The notes under the pieces: generated by a model
Database searches by the model: none
Told to the model about the DNA's origin: nothing
The model's input: the letters and a program-made list of their open reading frames with translations, nothing else
Program-made: the position numbers and the translations under genes
Assembly: GCA_024137785.1 (NCBI GenBank)
Contig: JAHRHZ010000061.1
Span: forward strand, 1,824,066 to 1,888,065
Length of the DNA: 64,000 nucleotides
Source: Ginglymostoma cirratum
Taxonomy: Eukaryota
Direction: 5' to 3'
In this document: positions 13,305-26,675 of the stretch, in pieces
How the letters are laid out: each line of letters starts with the position of its first letter
Numbering within the stretch: position 1 is the first letter of the stretch

Positions 13305-14660
13305 ATAAGATGTAGGGACAGAAACAGGCCATTCAGCCCATCAAGACTGCTCCACCATTCAAAGAAATCATGGCTGATCTGACAATCTTCAACTCCATTC
13401 TCCTGCCTCTTGGCTATAGCCTTATTTGCTTTTATTTATTTATTCATGGGATGAGGGTATCACTGGGTGGGCAGCGTTCATTGCCCATCCCTAATTGATC
13501 AGAGGGCAGTGCAGACTCAACCACATTATTGTGGGTCTGGAGCCACATGTAGGCCAGAACAGGTGAGGACAGCAGTTTCCTTCCCTAAAGGACATTAGTG
13601 AACCAGATGGGTTGTTCCTGACAATTGACAATGGATTCATGGTCATCATTAGATCCTTAATTCCAGATTTTTTTACTGAATTCAAATTCCATCAACTGCC
13701 ATGGCAGCATTCAAACCTGGGTCTCCAGAACATTATCTGAGTTTTTGGATTAACAGTCTAGTGATAATACCACTAGGCCGTTGCTTACCCATAAGCTTTG
13801 TTATTACCTATTTCTTAACCATTCAAAATGCTGTCTATCTCAGTCTTGAACACACTTAATGACTGAGGCCTGATAACACTCTGTGGTAAAGAATTCTACT
13901 TAATCACTACACTCCTTATCTCTGTGCTGCACATTATGCTGATATTATGCCCTTTGGACCTAGACTCTCCCACAGGGGGAATCAATCTTTTCCTATCTAC
14001 CCTGTCAAGTCCCCTAAGAATCTTGTATATTCAAAAAGGCCCCATCTCATTTTCCTACGTCCCAACAAGTACAGGCCCAAACTACTCAACCTCTCCTTAT
14101 AAGCCTGTCCCTCCATACACTTGTCTTGATTAGATAAGGTTAAGTAATCCAGTTGAATTGTGATTGGTGCCTTGCAGTTCAGCAAAATCACCCTATTTTT
14201 ATGTTCCATTCCCTTTGAAATAAAGGCTAATATTCCATTTATCTTCCTTATTGGTTTCTGAACTTTTTTGCTAACTTTTCGAGATTTATTCACAAAGGTT
14301 CCCAAATCCCTCTGTTTTGTAACTCTCTGCAGTCTTTTTTATTTAAATCACATTCAGTGCCTCTTTTCTCTTTGCCAAAATGCATAGCCTCACATTTGCT
14401 AACATTGTATTTCATGTGCCAAGTTCTTGCCTACTTGCTTAACCTGTCTATATCCCTCTGCAAACTCTTCTGTAAAATTCTCACCACTTGCTTTCCTTTT
14501 TGTGTCATATGCAAACTTGGTGCCAGTGCATTCGGTTTCCTCATCCAAGTCATTTATAAAATTTATTAACATTCATGGCCCCAGCACTGATCACTCTGGT
14601 GACGTGTTACTGATTAAAGGTTGCAATCCTGAAAATGCCCCCGTTACCCAAATTCTCTGT
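13305..14660 (-). mobile_element. Degenerate CR1 LINE 3' fragment interrupted by a SINE
   Basis: Minus-strand RT C-terminal remnants (LSSLGLY..RRKMRWGL..Y) and a CR1 3' UTR. Confidence 0.7.
13440..13790 (-). mobile_element. tRNA-headed SINE family B (other copies ~17635-17900 -, 32820-33140 +, 34405-34745 -, 38635-38965 -, 40105-40435 -, 60905-61260 +)
   Basis: Recurrent ~350-nt unit: B-box-like ggttcaaatc head, core ccttccctaaaggacattagtgaaccagatggg, tail cccatgaatgaataaa. Confidence 0.75.
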
Positions 14661-16582
14661 CTTGTGTTAGCCAATCCTTCAACCACACTATTGTACCACC
14701 ATTCCAAATCCACACCTCCAGCCCACACCAATAACCCCTCATGTTTTCGTGTAGCCTACTCACTCCCTCAAAAACTCCTCACCACCTTTTGTCCAACTGC
14801 ACCATGATTAAGAGCTGTGCCATTCACTTTGATCTCCCTCAATCCCTCCTTTTTGATCATTCCAGGAGAAGGCAGCCCATCACAGAGCAGAGAGAGCCCC
14901 TGTAGATGTGGTGGTGACGGACATTAGGTTCCACGCCCCTATGAGGAGAGAACCTGGCTATCGCAGAAGAAGACAGGAACTGCTCTTGAGAGGATCCTGA
15001 GACATCCATGTGCTGTCAAGTGAATAAGCACCACTCATCATTCCACCACAACTCTCACATTAACCTTATTGTAATCAATATCTATTGAACAGAACTGCTA
15101 TCTACTGGCCACATCATCAGTCTCATGCAGGCATAGCCAGCTTGTCTATCATGACTGTGGTGGAATGCCCAGCTCTCCCAAAAGTCACATCCCCAGCATT
15201 TGAGGATGAGAGTATAGCGGCTGCCTCCTGTATTGCCCACTGGCTCTGATACTGACTCCTCAGTGGGAACATTAGAGAGCGTGGGAGCACAAGCTGGTGA
15301 GCACCTCACTGCGGCAGCTCCTCGGCTTTTGAAGGAAGAAATGCCCCAGGCACCTAGGCACTTGAAGGGAGATCAGGCACAGCCCTGGCACACAATGACC
15401 CAATGGCCTCAGCACCCAGGGCCCTTTTAGGCCTTCCTTATATAACATCCATATTCCTTTGCAGCCCCTGTATCCAAAACAGCTGGAGTGAATGAATTGT
15501 TCAGTGATGCCTGTGGCAGGGTGATGCAACACACAGAAGACGGGCAATCCCTTAAGGTGGCTAGGGAACTGGAACCCTGCAGGTCCATGTCCGATACAGT
15601 ACATGGGTCTGTGTGCAAGGTTCTTTCCTTTAAATGCCCTCATGTGAATGGGGACCAGAGGCTCCACTCTCACGGGGCGAGTCACTAACCCTGCTGTCAG
15701 AAACATTTTCTTCCTGATTGCATACTTTTGTTTTCCATGACGGAAGGCAACAGTGGGTGCTCCTCAGTCAGTGGCTTGTAGACTCCGCCTCAACATTTCG
15801 GTAAATCCCTAATTATCCGAACACATTTCCTGGCAGCTTTTTCTGTAAACCAGGCCGGTTTCACATCTCCCCAGATCCGCGGCCAACCCTCCTTCATGAG
15901 CCTGCATTTGCCCACCTTTCCATTCAGCCCCTGGCATATGAGGTGCCCATGCTAAGTATGGACATTCACTGCACTCCACCACTGCCCCACCATCATATGA
16001 AGCCAGGGTGCTGTTGACAGAGGATAACCCCAATTACCCACCCAGCCACCACCACCCATGCGACACAAGCCCCTCCCACAGATACTCCTGAGCCTTGACA
16101 GACTTCTCGTTCAATTCTACAAAACTCCACATACCCCACCTCACTTATACCCACATTAGATTCCACCCAGTTTTTTTTAAGTTAGTGAAATAAAAAAATC
16201 TTGCTTACATCTGTGACAATTCAGGAAATTGTGTGTCTGTGGAAATCAGACATGCACAAAATCAAGCTTGAATAAATCAAATCATGACTCTGTCATATGA
16301 ACTTTCAAATTAATCAAAGTCCAGCACTAACGATCAAGCCACAGCATAATTTAAACTTGATTACAACTTTCATAACGTTTAAAATCAGCTTACTTACATT
16401 TTCCAGATTTCTTTCAGTCCACTTTGTCCTGCAGCTTCTTTTACATTTTAGTCCCTTTTTACTACTCACTAAACTTTAACATTTTTAAGCTGACTTGAGG
16501 TGGAACTACTTGCAAAATGATTCACCTTTGGAACAATCCACACCCATCACAAAGCAATTTGACACACCTCATTTTTACTCAC

Positions 16583-16721
16583 ATTGAACATATCGTATAT
16601 CTTTACAGCAACGACTTAGTGTGAAAGAGAAAAGAATAGTCGTCACTAGGATCAATTCAGGCATTGCTCCAGGAGTTGTAATCCCATATTTGGCAGGTGG
16701 AGGAACTTGAATCTCAAACAT
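16583..16721 (-). CDS. Candidate alternative or orphan leader exon (MFEIQ...MPELILVTTILFSFTLSRCCKDIRYVQ)
   Basis: In-frame ATGs at 16721 and 16664, hydrophobic core, CAAT|gtgagt phase-1 donor compatible with the B7 IgV exon. Lies in non-repetitive sequence. Confidence 0.35.
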
Positions 16722-17049
16722 CTACTGTTAAAAGTCTTCTATAACCATGAAAATATTGTTGATTGCTCAAGAAGGGGATAACTAATAATACTTGAAAATG
16801 ACATTTACTGGAACTCCACTTTGAAATTTTGAAAAAGACAAGTCAGACCAGTAAGTGTCATTCACAAGTTGTGCTGTTTTCTTTTCCCTTTTCTGGGATC
16901 ATAACAGTCCTCCTGATTGACTAATCCCATTTCAGAAAGAAATCTGCTCTCTTTACCTAATCTGGGTGAGGTGCAATTTCAAATGCACAGCAATCTGGTT
17001 GACCCTTAACTGCCCTCTGAAATGACTCAGTAATTTTATTCAAATTGTT

Positions 17050-20000
17050 ACAAAACCTGAAGAAAAGAGGAAGGACTGAAGGTAGTAAGGGTCTAAAATC
17101 TGTTCTGTGTGGGGGAACTTTCAATATCCATCACCAAGACTGGTTTGGCAGCACCTCTACTGACCGAGCTGGTCAAGTACTAAAAGTCATAGCTGCTAGA
17201 CTCAGTCTAGAAGCAGGTGGTGAGGGAACTAACAAGAGGAAAAAACATACTTCACCTCATCCTCACCAATCTGCCAGCTGTTGATCATCTGTCCGTAACA
17301 GTATTTGTAAGAGTGACCACCACACAGTCCTTGTGGAGACAAAGTCCCATTTTTATATTGAGAATATCCTCCACCATGTTGCCTGAACTAAATGGGATAG
17401 ACTTCAAACAGATCTAGCAACTCAAGATTGGACATCCATGAGGTGTTGTGTGCCATCAGCAGCAACAGAATGTATTCAAACACAATCTGCACCTCACAAC
17501 TTGACAGTTGCCGACTCTACCAATACCGTCAAGCCGGGGGTGGGGGGGGGGGTCAACTCTGTTTCAATGGAGAGTGCAGGAGGGCATGCCAGGAGCAGCA
17601 CTGACAATAATTCTCTTTATTCTTTTACAGAATAAGGGCATCACAAACAAGGCCACTTCAGAGGGCCAGTGAGGAGATAACCACATTGCCAGGGTATGGA
17701 GTCTCATGTGGGCCAGACCAGGTAAGGATGGCAGATTTTTCTCCCTAAAGTGAACCAAATGTTTTTAATGAAAATTAACAATGATTTTAAAGTTAAAATT
17801 CTAATTAGTTTTATTTCCAGATGTATTAAGTGCATTCTAATTTCATTATCTTTCATGGTGGGTTGTGAATGCGAGTGCATCTGGGTCTCTGAATTACTAG
17901 TTCATTGACAATATTGCAAAATCGACACGCTGCCATCACCAGCGATGCCTCTCCCATGGCACCCCCAAATATTTTGGCAATAGTATTCAGTCTTCTGTTC
18001 CAGAACTTGAGAAATCCATAACCAAGCTGTTCCAGTACAACATTGGCATTTACCCAAAAATATGTTAAATTGCCCTGGTATTCCCTATACGTAAAAAGTA
18101 GGTCAAATCCTACTATTTCTATATCGGTCTACTCTTGAGCATAGGTAAAATGATGGAAAGTGTTATCAACAGTGCTAACAAGCAGCACTAGCTCAGTGAT
18201 AAACTGTTCACTGATAAAACAGTGTGAGGCTGGAGGAGCACAACAGGCCAGGCAGCATCAGAGGAGCAGGAACGTTGACATTTCGGGTTGGGACCCTTCT
18301 TCAGAAACGTGGAGGAGGAAGGGAGCATCTGCAGATCTTCCTATCTCTGAGTGAGTTATAACTCCACTGTGAAGCCTCTTCTAGGGATACCCATCTTGAA
18401 GAAGTTATCCTCCTCCCTCCAGAAAGACCTCAGTGGATCCCTCTCCCCCTGCAACCCTCTGGTAACCTCTTTGGCCCTGAAACTGCTTGTCCCACGTACT
18501 GAAGCAAACCAGGTACTATAGCCACATTGCCTTTCTCAGCACCTGCCTATGGAACTGGATCATCCCCAGTGGACACCAATCTACATTCAGGCATCAACTT
18601 TACTAACACTTTTCACCACAACCTCAAATTCACCTGGACCATATCCAATACTTCCGTCCCCTTCCTGGGCCTCTCCGTCTCCGTCTTGGTGACCGCCTCG
18701 AAACCGACATCTATTTAAAACTCACCAACTCCCACAGCTACCTAGACTATGCCACCTCTCACCCACCTTCCTGCAAGAATGCGATCCCCTACTCCCAATT
18801 CCTCCACCTCTGCTCCCAAGATGGGGCTTTCCACTTGCGCATATCCCAGATATTTCAAGGACCACAACATCACCCCCGCTCAGTGGTCAAAAATGCTCTC
18901 GACCACATCTCTTGCGATTCCTGCACCTCTGCCCTCGCACAACCTCCCCGCAACAAAAACAAAGATAGATTCCCTCTTGCCCTCACATATCATCCTATTA
19001 ACCTCCGTATTCAACGCATCATTCTCCGCCACCTGCAATCTGACCCCACTACCAAAGACATTTTTCCCTCCCCACCCTTATCTGCCTTCCGTAGGGACTG
19101 CTCTCTCCGTGACTCCCTCGTCTGCTCCACACTCCCCACCAGCTCCACCAGTCCCAGCACCTTGCCCTGCAACCGCCCCTACACCTCCCCCCTCACCACC
19201 ATCCCAGGCCCCAAAAAAACCTTCCACATCAAACAGATGTTCACCTGCACATCCGCTAATGTGGTCTATTATATCCTTTGCTCCCGACTAGGCCTCCTCC
19301 ACATCGGTGAGACCAAGTGGAGGCTCAGAGACCGCTTTGTAGAGCACCTGCGCTCTGTTCGCAACAAACGACAACACCTTCCAGTTGCGAACCACTTCAA
19401 CTCCCCCTCCCACTCCCTGGATGACATGTTCATCCTGGGCCTCCTCCAGTCTCACAATGACGCCACTAGGAAACTAGAGGAGCAGCACTGTATATTCCGC
19501 CCTGGGAGCCTACAGCCTGATGGCCTAAATGTAGACTTTACTAGTTTCAAAATATCCCCGCTCCCGGCCTCATCCCATCACCAACCCTCCCTCTCGTCCC
19601 TGCGTCCTTGACCTGACACAACCTGTCCCCCCATCTTCTCTCCCATCTATCCGCTCCTCCCACCTCACTGACCAATCCCCACCACTCCCTACCTGCACTC
19701 ACCTGTCACCATCCCACCTACCTTCCCCAGCACACCTCCCCCCCGCTCTCTATTTATTTCTGAGATCCCTTTCCTCTCTCCCATTTCTGAAGAAGGGTCC
19801 TGACCTGAAACATCAGCTTTCCTGCTCCTCTGATGCTGCCTGGCCTGCTGTGTTCATCCAGCTCCACGTTCTGTTATCTCTGACTCCATCATCGGCAGTT
19901 CTTACTATCTCTGATCTGTTCACTGATGCTCAGTTAAGGTTCCACTAGGGCCATTCAGCTTCTGTCCTCATTAAAGTTTTGGTTTAACCATGGACAAAAA

Positions 20001-20240
20001 AGCTGAATTCCAGATGTCAGGTGAGAGTGACTTCCCTTGACATCAAGGCTATATTTAATTAAATGTGGCATCAAGGAGCCCTAACAAAACTGGAATGAAT
20101 AGGAAGTAAGGAGAAACCTGTTCCTCTGATTTGAGGTACACCTGCCACAAAGGAATATGGTTGTCATTGTAGGAGGCCCAGCATCTCAGCTCAAGGACAT
20201 CTCTGCATGTGTTCTTCAAGGTCGTGTCCTGGGCTCAACC
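17050..20240 (+). mobile_element. Degenerate CR1/L2-group LINE (APE plus RT remnants) interrupted by a SINE and a PLE
   Basis: GTFNIHHQDW and TRGKNILHLILTN (APE); RT remnants at 19920-20240 ending in a QGxVLG-like motif. Confidence 0.7.
18216..19915 (+). mobile_element. Penelope-like element (RT C-terminus plus GIY-YIG) with inverted termini
   Basis: NVVYYILCSR..HIGETKWRLRDRFVEH..VANHF. Inverted arms ~18220-18305 and ~19786-19870; 12-bp TSD ctgttcactgat (18204-18215 / 19916-19927). Confidence 0.9.
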
Positions 20241-20479
20241 AAGGAGGAAGATTTCAAAGTGAAAGGCCCAGGAGGTTTAGAGGGTTTTTGAGGAAAATGG
20301 TTTTCACCTGGAGAGTGATGGGGGCCTGGAATGTACTGCCTTTAAACTTCACAGCCTTTAAAAATTACATGGTGAGCATTTGAAATATCGTAATACTCCA
20401 AGCTATGGGCCTGGTGCTGGAAATTGGGACTAAAGTGTAGATTTAGTGTAGATTTGGTGGTACAGACTTGTTGGGCCTT

Positions 20480-22290
20480 TTCTGTTCTGTATGATTCCAT
20501 AAATGCAAAAGCACATGGGAGTTCACAACACCATACATCCCTCTCACTAATCTGCGAACTCGTATCATGAAGGGTGGAATTTAATGTTGCAGGGACAAGA
20601 TGGGCTATGCACTTCATCATGCATGAGACAAAATGTCAGCTTCCTGAGAATGGAGTGAAAGTTGGCAGTCTGGTTGTTGATAGGTTGAAGGAGCTTGTTG
20701 ATAAATGTCAGGAACCTATTCTATTACATTTGCATTCTCACTGGAACATGAGACAGTCAGATTAAATTTATACCAGTCAATAGCAAATGAGAAACTCATG
20801 CCATCAGATTCATGACTGCGGCATTCAGCAGATGATGTGTTCTTCCTGATGGACTTGGAGTCAGTTGGAGTTGCTTCACTTGAAAGAAACATTGTTGTAC
20901 CAAGTGAGAGGAGATTGAGCTATTGAGTGGAGTGGTGGATACCCAGGGAGGTTGGGAAATGACTGCCTGAGAAAAGGCAGGTGGATGCTGCCCAGTGATG
21001 CCACAGCATGGCTGCCCAAGGAAGGAGGGAGGTCAGGTCATAGCAGCCCTAAGAAGGGTAGTGAGGGACAGAGGAAAGGAGCTGAACCATAGAGGGGTAG
21101 CCAATTTCTACTGAATGTAAGTCAAGCCTGATAGAGGGGAGATTAAGGATGCTTGAGAGCAGTTCAGTGGTGAGATTGGGAAAATCAAGGAGAACAAGAG
21201 TCAAGAGAAATGAGAAGGTCAAAAGGCAGACGCAGGGTGATGACTTGCAGCTCCCATCCAGAGTGTTTATGGCCAGGTTAAAGGTGCTACAACAGGGGAA
21301 GGAGACCACGTCAACATGTGGATTGGTTACAGTGTGATGGGTGGAGACCAGCTGTGATTGACTAACAACAGTGCCCTTCCTAATTGTCCATATCCATCAA
21401 GTCAAAATTGAAGGCCAAATAGAAAACGCTGACCACATCTTTACCAGCCTTCTACTTGCAGTTCACTTCAGACAGAGGGGATGGGTCTTATGCACCAAAT
21501 ATGTTTTGATGCAGTGACAGAGAAGAGGGCAACCAGCAGAGAATGTCCCAGGGCCTGGTGCAACAATGGCTAGAAAGACACTAACGGGCCATAACGGAAG
21601 GTCAGGCAGCTCAAGGTGCTGACAACCAAGGGCTGGTCCAGTCATATATCAGGATGAAAGAACAGCAATTAAAGTCACAGAACTAGCTTTAACAAAGATT
21701 AGCAAGCATTAATGGAACCTGCTTCTGACCGCTGTTGCACGTGCTATCCAACACTTTACATTTTTTCCTATTTGGGAATGAGGACACAACATGAAGGCGA
21801 TGCAGGGTTGTTGGTGTGAGAGGATGGTAGATAATGGCAGTGCGAGAGAGGCTATTGCAAGCAACAAAAAGAGAGGTCAGCATGAGCCTGGAGATAGGTG
21901 GGTGCAGTCGTTGAGATAGAGTGAATGTGAGGGAGAAGAAAGCAGGATGCAGCACCTACCCTGAAGGGACAGAGAAGATCAATTGAACTCTTTTGGCAAT
22001 GCAGCCTAGTTCTCTTCACCCTCGGTATGACACTGAGCTGGGTGGTGAGATCTAACCAGACTGTGTCTGGTGGCATTGCCTCTTCTGACAGTTCTCCAGG
22101 AAGAGGACACCTCTTTGTAGCATCACCCCTCGAACAGGACTTCCAGGACTCTGTCAAAGAAACACATTGGCATCTTCCTCTTCTAAGTGATCTCTTCTCA
22201 CAGTGTCCAAAAAGGAGCAGTGAAACTACTGATGTCATCGCTCCTCCAGGAGTATCGTGGACTTTCAAAAGTGGCTTGGTCAAAAGCTGG
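20480..22290 (-). mobile_element. Probable PIF/Harbinger relic (Myb/SANT-like accessory region)
   Basis: Decayed pattern similar to 57700-58490; no intact ORF. Confidence 0.35.
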
Positions 22291-22718
22291 CCTTATGATG
22301 GATATTCGCTGAGTGATGTGTTGATTGGCAGCAGCACATGGTAGGTTGGAGTGATAATCGGACGTGAGAGACACCGTTGGGGAAGTGTCAGCAATTATTT
22401 TGGCAAGTTTGTTACAATAACAGCAAGAAAACTTGGGTCTCACGGCAAGATTATCTCCAAAAAAATTTAGCTCAACACTTAGCTGAAAAAGCATGATATT
22501 TGGCCCATTGTTATGGACTTCACCTTTACACTAATTAGGCTTTTGCATTTATTTTGTTAATTGCATTTCAAATCTAACATCACAAACAAAATCTCTTTTA
22601 ATTAGTTTTTAGCTTATTAAAGAAAGCATGGTTGCCTCTTTGGGTGATAATGTAAAATGGTAATTGCAATTTGGAAGCCAATTTATATCTCTGCTGAATG
22701 TCATTGTTTTATCTTCTG

Positions 22719-23478
22719 TTTTCGAGTAGATTTGTAGCTCGGGTTGTGGATCAGGTTGCAGACTTGCTTGCCGAGCTGGTGTGTTTGATTGCAGACGTTT
22801 CATCACCCTGATAGGTAACATCAGTCAGTAATGTTACCTCCAAGACAGACCACAACAAGAAGACACAACATGGCCAGACACACTAGTCATCCTACCCTAC
22901 ATCAGAGACATATCAGAGATGATCACAAGACTACTCAGACCCCTAGGTATCAGGGTAGCCCACAAACCAACAACTACCCTGCGACAGCTACTGATGACCA
23001 TAAAGGATCCCATACCCACAGCCAATAAAACAAATGTAATATACAAAATACCATGCAAGGACTGTGAGAAACATTACATAGGCCAAACTGAAAGAAAACC
23101 GACAATAAGGATACACAAACACCAACCGGCCACCAAGACATACTGGTCTCAATACACACAGACAAAGAAGGACATGAATTCGACTGGGACAACACATCCA
23201 TAATAGCATGAGCCAAACAAAGACATACCAGGGAATTCCTGGAGGCCTGGCATTCCAACTGGAACTCCGTCAACAAACACATTGAACTGGACCCGATATA
23301 CAAACCAATGAAGAACAGAGCCAGAAGTAATACCAGCCACCCCAGCAAACTGAGGCATATAAATAACAAGTGGGACAGAACACCAATGCTTCACCGAAGG
23401 CGCACTGACGATGTTACCTAGCAGGGTGACGAAACGTCTGCAATCAAACACACTGTCTTGGTGAGCAAGTCTGCAATA
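22719..23478 (+). mobile_element. Second Penelope-like family (GIY-YIG) with inverted termini
   Basis: LPYI..IS..ITRLLRPLGIRVAHKP..NVIYKIPCKDCEKHYIGQT. Inverted arms ~22757-22830 and 23402-23478; TSD ttttatctt(c/t)tg at 22707-22718 / 23479-23490. Confidence 0.9.
23402..23441 (+). ncRNA. Minimal type I hammerhead ribozyme motif
   Basis: gca-CTGACGA-t-GTTACC tagcag GGTGAC-GAAA-CG-TC-tgc. Helix I gca/tgc, 6-bp helix II, palindromic ACGT helix III, GUC site (cleavage after 23438). Confidence 0.8.
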
Positions 23479-26188
23479 TTTTATCTTTTGCTTACCAACC
23501 ACTGGTGGCTTTCTATTGAGATACTTCACTACCACTAATGCCCCTTTCTACGCTGAGTGCGAGAGTCTGTCTATAATCAATGATAGAGGATGGACTGCTA
23601 TAAAGTTTTAACAAGAAGAGGTACTTGTCTGAGATAACAAGATGTAGTTTATTGAAATAACAATCAGTAAAATTGACATCAAAAATTTAAGCATAATTGC
23701 GACTATCACAAGGCAGACATGTTGTTTCAGTCTCCATCAGGATTTCATGCAAGTTTACCTGTTTCTCCACCAAAAGATTGAGACATCAGCAGGTCTGGTG
23801 GAGCTCAATACAGCTCATTATTTACTCTTCCAGAGCCATTACTTTACACAACAGTTGCTTCCGTTGATTTTCCGTAAACCAATCTTACAATGGGGTCCTC
23901 AAACAATATTTGGCCCCTCACTCACAAAACGCAAAAGCAGAATATCACAATGAGTTGTTGTGGCAAGTACACTATGGGCTGAAAATCTGTATATGTTCCC
24001 TGCCCTCTGTATGGGGGTTTCACAGATCTGCTAGCACACAGATATTGAAGCCGACATGGCTGAATTTCTAGATTAATGTGTCTTGAGAACTAAGGGAAAT
24101 ATATTTGAACAATTACAAACAGTCCTGGGTTGCAAATGGCTTCAGTTCTTGAGCTCATTCACAAGATGATTTGTAGGCAAGTCAGAACACAATGCAGAAC
24201 ATTATAAAAGAATTTTTGTAAGCACAGGAAATGTTCAAATGTCAGACCTTTAACATGACACTACTGTATAGGATTGCAATCATAAGTATGAGCATTCATA
24301 AGTCAGATGTTCATAAATCGTGGACCTCCTATATACATTTTATTACTTTTATTCGTTAAGTTTGGAGAAAACACTTTCATCATTGCCTTTTAATGTGATG
24401 CCCTCCGTTGTACAGAGACTGATGTCAATTCATTAATCTGGATTTAACATTTAAAATTAATCACCTGAATTGAAGATATTGTATTTCAAGGAGGATTGAA
24501 AACTGAGAAGAACAGAATTTATATTGAACTGTATGGGTTATATGATATCAGTATGTGTTGTATATGGCATTTAATGTAAAAATAAGAAAGGAACCGAAGA
24601 GGGTGCCATAAAGGTCAGATTTTATTCATTTGGAGATGAGAAAGGCTAAGGGATGAGCTAATAGATGTCTTAAAAATCATTAGTTAACTGCATAATCATA
24701 AAACGCTAGAAATTACTCTGGCCAAATTATTAGCACGGAGATCATAATCCTTGAATCACAACCTGCCTATCTCCCTGCAGATCAATGGGATAATGCCATT
24801 TTTGCTTCACACTTCTTCTGCATGATTTTTGTATTAGCCCATTCAACTCCAGCATTGAGTCTGCCAATCTACCTACAGCCTCTGAACACAGGGTCCTGTA
24901 AATACTGTGTGCAGCTTGCATGATCCAGGCAGTTTGTTCTTTTTAAATGTTCACTGCCTATTAAAGCGGGGCTGCACACATACAACCATAAGAAGCAAGA
25001 GCAGGATTAAACCATTTGGCCCCGGCGCCTGCTCTGCCATTCAATGGAACCGCGGCTGATCTTTGACTTCACCATGGTTTTCCTGCATCAGAAAATAGGA
25101 TGCAACATGGATTTAACCAAAAAAGGCATAAAATTCAGCTCATAGATACATTTAATGGAAGGCTATGTAAGTACATCAGGGAGAAGGATTTGTGGATAAA
25201 ATTAAATAAAGAAAGTTAGAAGGAGGCTTGAGTGGAATACAAATGCTGATTGGCTCAAGTAACCTCATTCTGTACAGTATGTTCTATATAATTCTGTGGT
25301 CAGTATCTACTCACAACTTTACATATCTGTTAACACTTGATTAAGCAGAGCTAGATGAATCCGCTTGGATAAGGATTCCTGCAGGTGAAAGAAGCTGTTT
25401 CCCACCTCCTAGATCATTGAGGACAGCCTCCTCCTTTATTGGAGATATAGTTTTCACTTAACTGTGCTATTTCTAGAACGCCTTTGATTTTTGTCTTCAC
25501 AATGTATGTTCAGCGCAGAATTTTTTCTCAGTTCTTGCAGGATAAAAACAGTTCTTATCTAGCAAAGGTTGCACCAATAGATGGAAGTAATGGTAAACTG
25601 AGACTTTGTAAATAGGTACAACTTTGAGATGATCGCTAGGGGAGACAATTAAGGCAGAGATATCCAGATTGGAGACTGTGGCCACTGAAAACTTGCAATC
25701 TGTTGCTTAAAATACAATGCAGCAATTCCATGCACTTTTGTTTAATTTGGAAAATATTCCCCCCCTCCCACCAAACCCCCACCCCACATTTCTGGGCCTA
25801 TCACCACCTCCATTTCTCATCTCTTGGAAATGGCAATAAACACAGAACACAGCAGAGAAATCCAATGAAAAATGCTGTCACAATGAGCAGGAAGGAGCAG
25901 ATAGCAGCAGTTCCTTCCAGTTGGGGAATGGCTTTTGCAGTCAGGAAGTGAGGCAGCAGCAGGCAGCACTTCCACAACTGCCACAATTCAGTTTGCTTAA
26001 ATTTGTGGATGGCAATAAACTTTTTCAAGTCATAATTATTCAGAGCTTAATGTAATTCCACATAATATAAAGGTACATAGGATTTAATGCTAAGTATAGA
26101 ACTACCCGGAAGAATGGATACAGTGGATTAACAGCTCTTCAATTTCTATCATGTTTTGCATTTACAAAACTGAAAGGTCATTTGATCA

Positions 26189-26317
26189 GAGATAAAAGGT
26201 ACTGCAGATGCTGGAGAATCCGAGATAACAAGCATGGGGCTGGATGAACACAGCAGGTCAAGCAGCATCATAGGAGCAGGAAAACTCGATGTTTCGGGCC
26301 TAAACCCTTCATCAGAA
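26189..26317 (-). mobile_element. Family A short PLE-terminus insertion (single 129-nt arm)
   Basis: 9-bp TSD atttgatca (26180-26188 / 26318-26326); hammerhead core at its 5' end. Confidence 0.85.
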
Positions 26318-26422
26318 ATTTGATCACTTGGGAAAGTGCAGCAGAGATCTAGCTCTATGTTTTGTCTCTCCCACTCACTGTTATACTTTCTGATTCTCAA
26401 AATTATAGCCTGTTAGTGAAGT

Positions 26423-26428
26423 TTTATT
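26423..26428 (-). terminator. Candidate polyadenylation signal of the receptor gene
   Basis: AATAAA on the minus strand about 125 nt after the TGA at 26551. Confidence 0.45.
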
Positions 26429-26550
26429 ATTTAACATCACCTTTAAAAATGGGTGAACAGTTTTGGCTACTTTCATAACAGAAATGCACGGCAGCCTCGA
26501 AACATTTTGAATAGTGCCATAGACAGCCTTTGATGAAATAGATTGCCAGC

Positions 26551-26675
26551 TCAATTATTGCAAGGGTATTGGCCAAGCAGTGAGTAGACGACATTATCGT
26601 CATTGTTTAGTTGTTCTCTCGCATGTTGTTCACTTTCAGGCTCAGCTGCATTCTTTAATGATGAAACATTTTTTT
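26551..26675 (-). CDS. CD28-like VJ-C1 receptor, terminal cytoplasmic exon with ITIM
   Basis: Acceptor tgtttgttttactgcag, phase 1. KNVSSLKNAAEPESEQHAREQLNNDDNVVYSLLGQYPCNN*; VVYSLL fits (I/V/L/S)xYxx(L/V). Confidence 0.8.

Noticed and set aside
25801-26028. Hydrophobic ORF (AAICSFLLIVTAFFIGFLCCVLCLL) as a TM exon
   Set aside because: It lies after the receptor stop codon and has no convincing acceptor; the real TM exon is 29224-29328.
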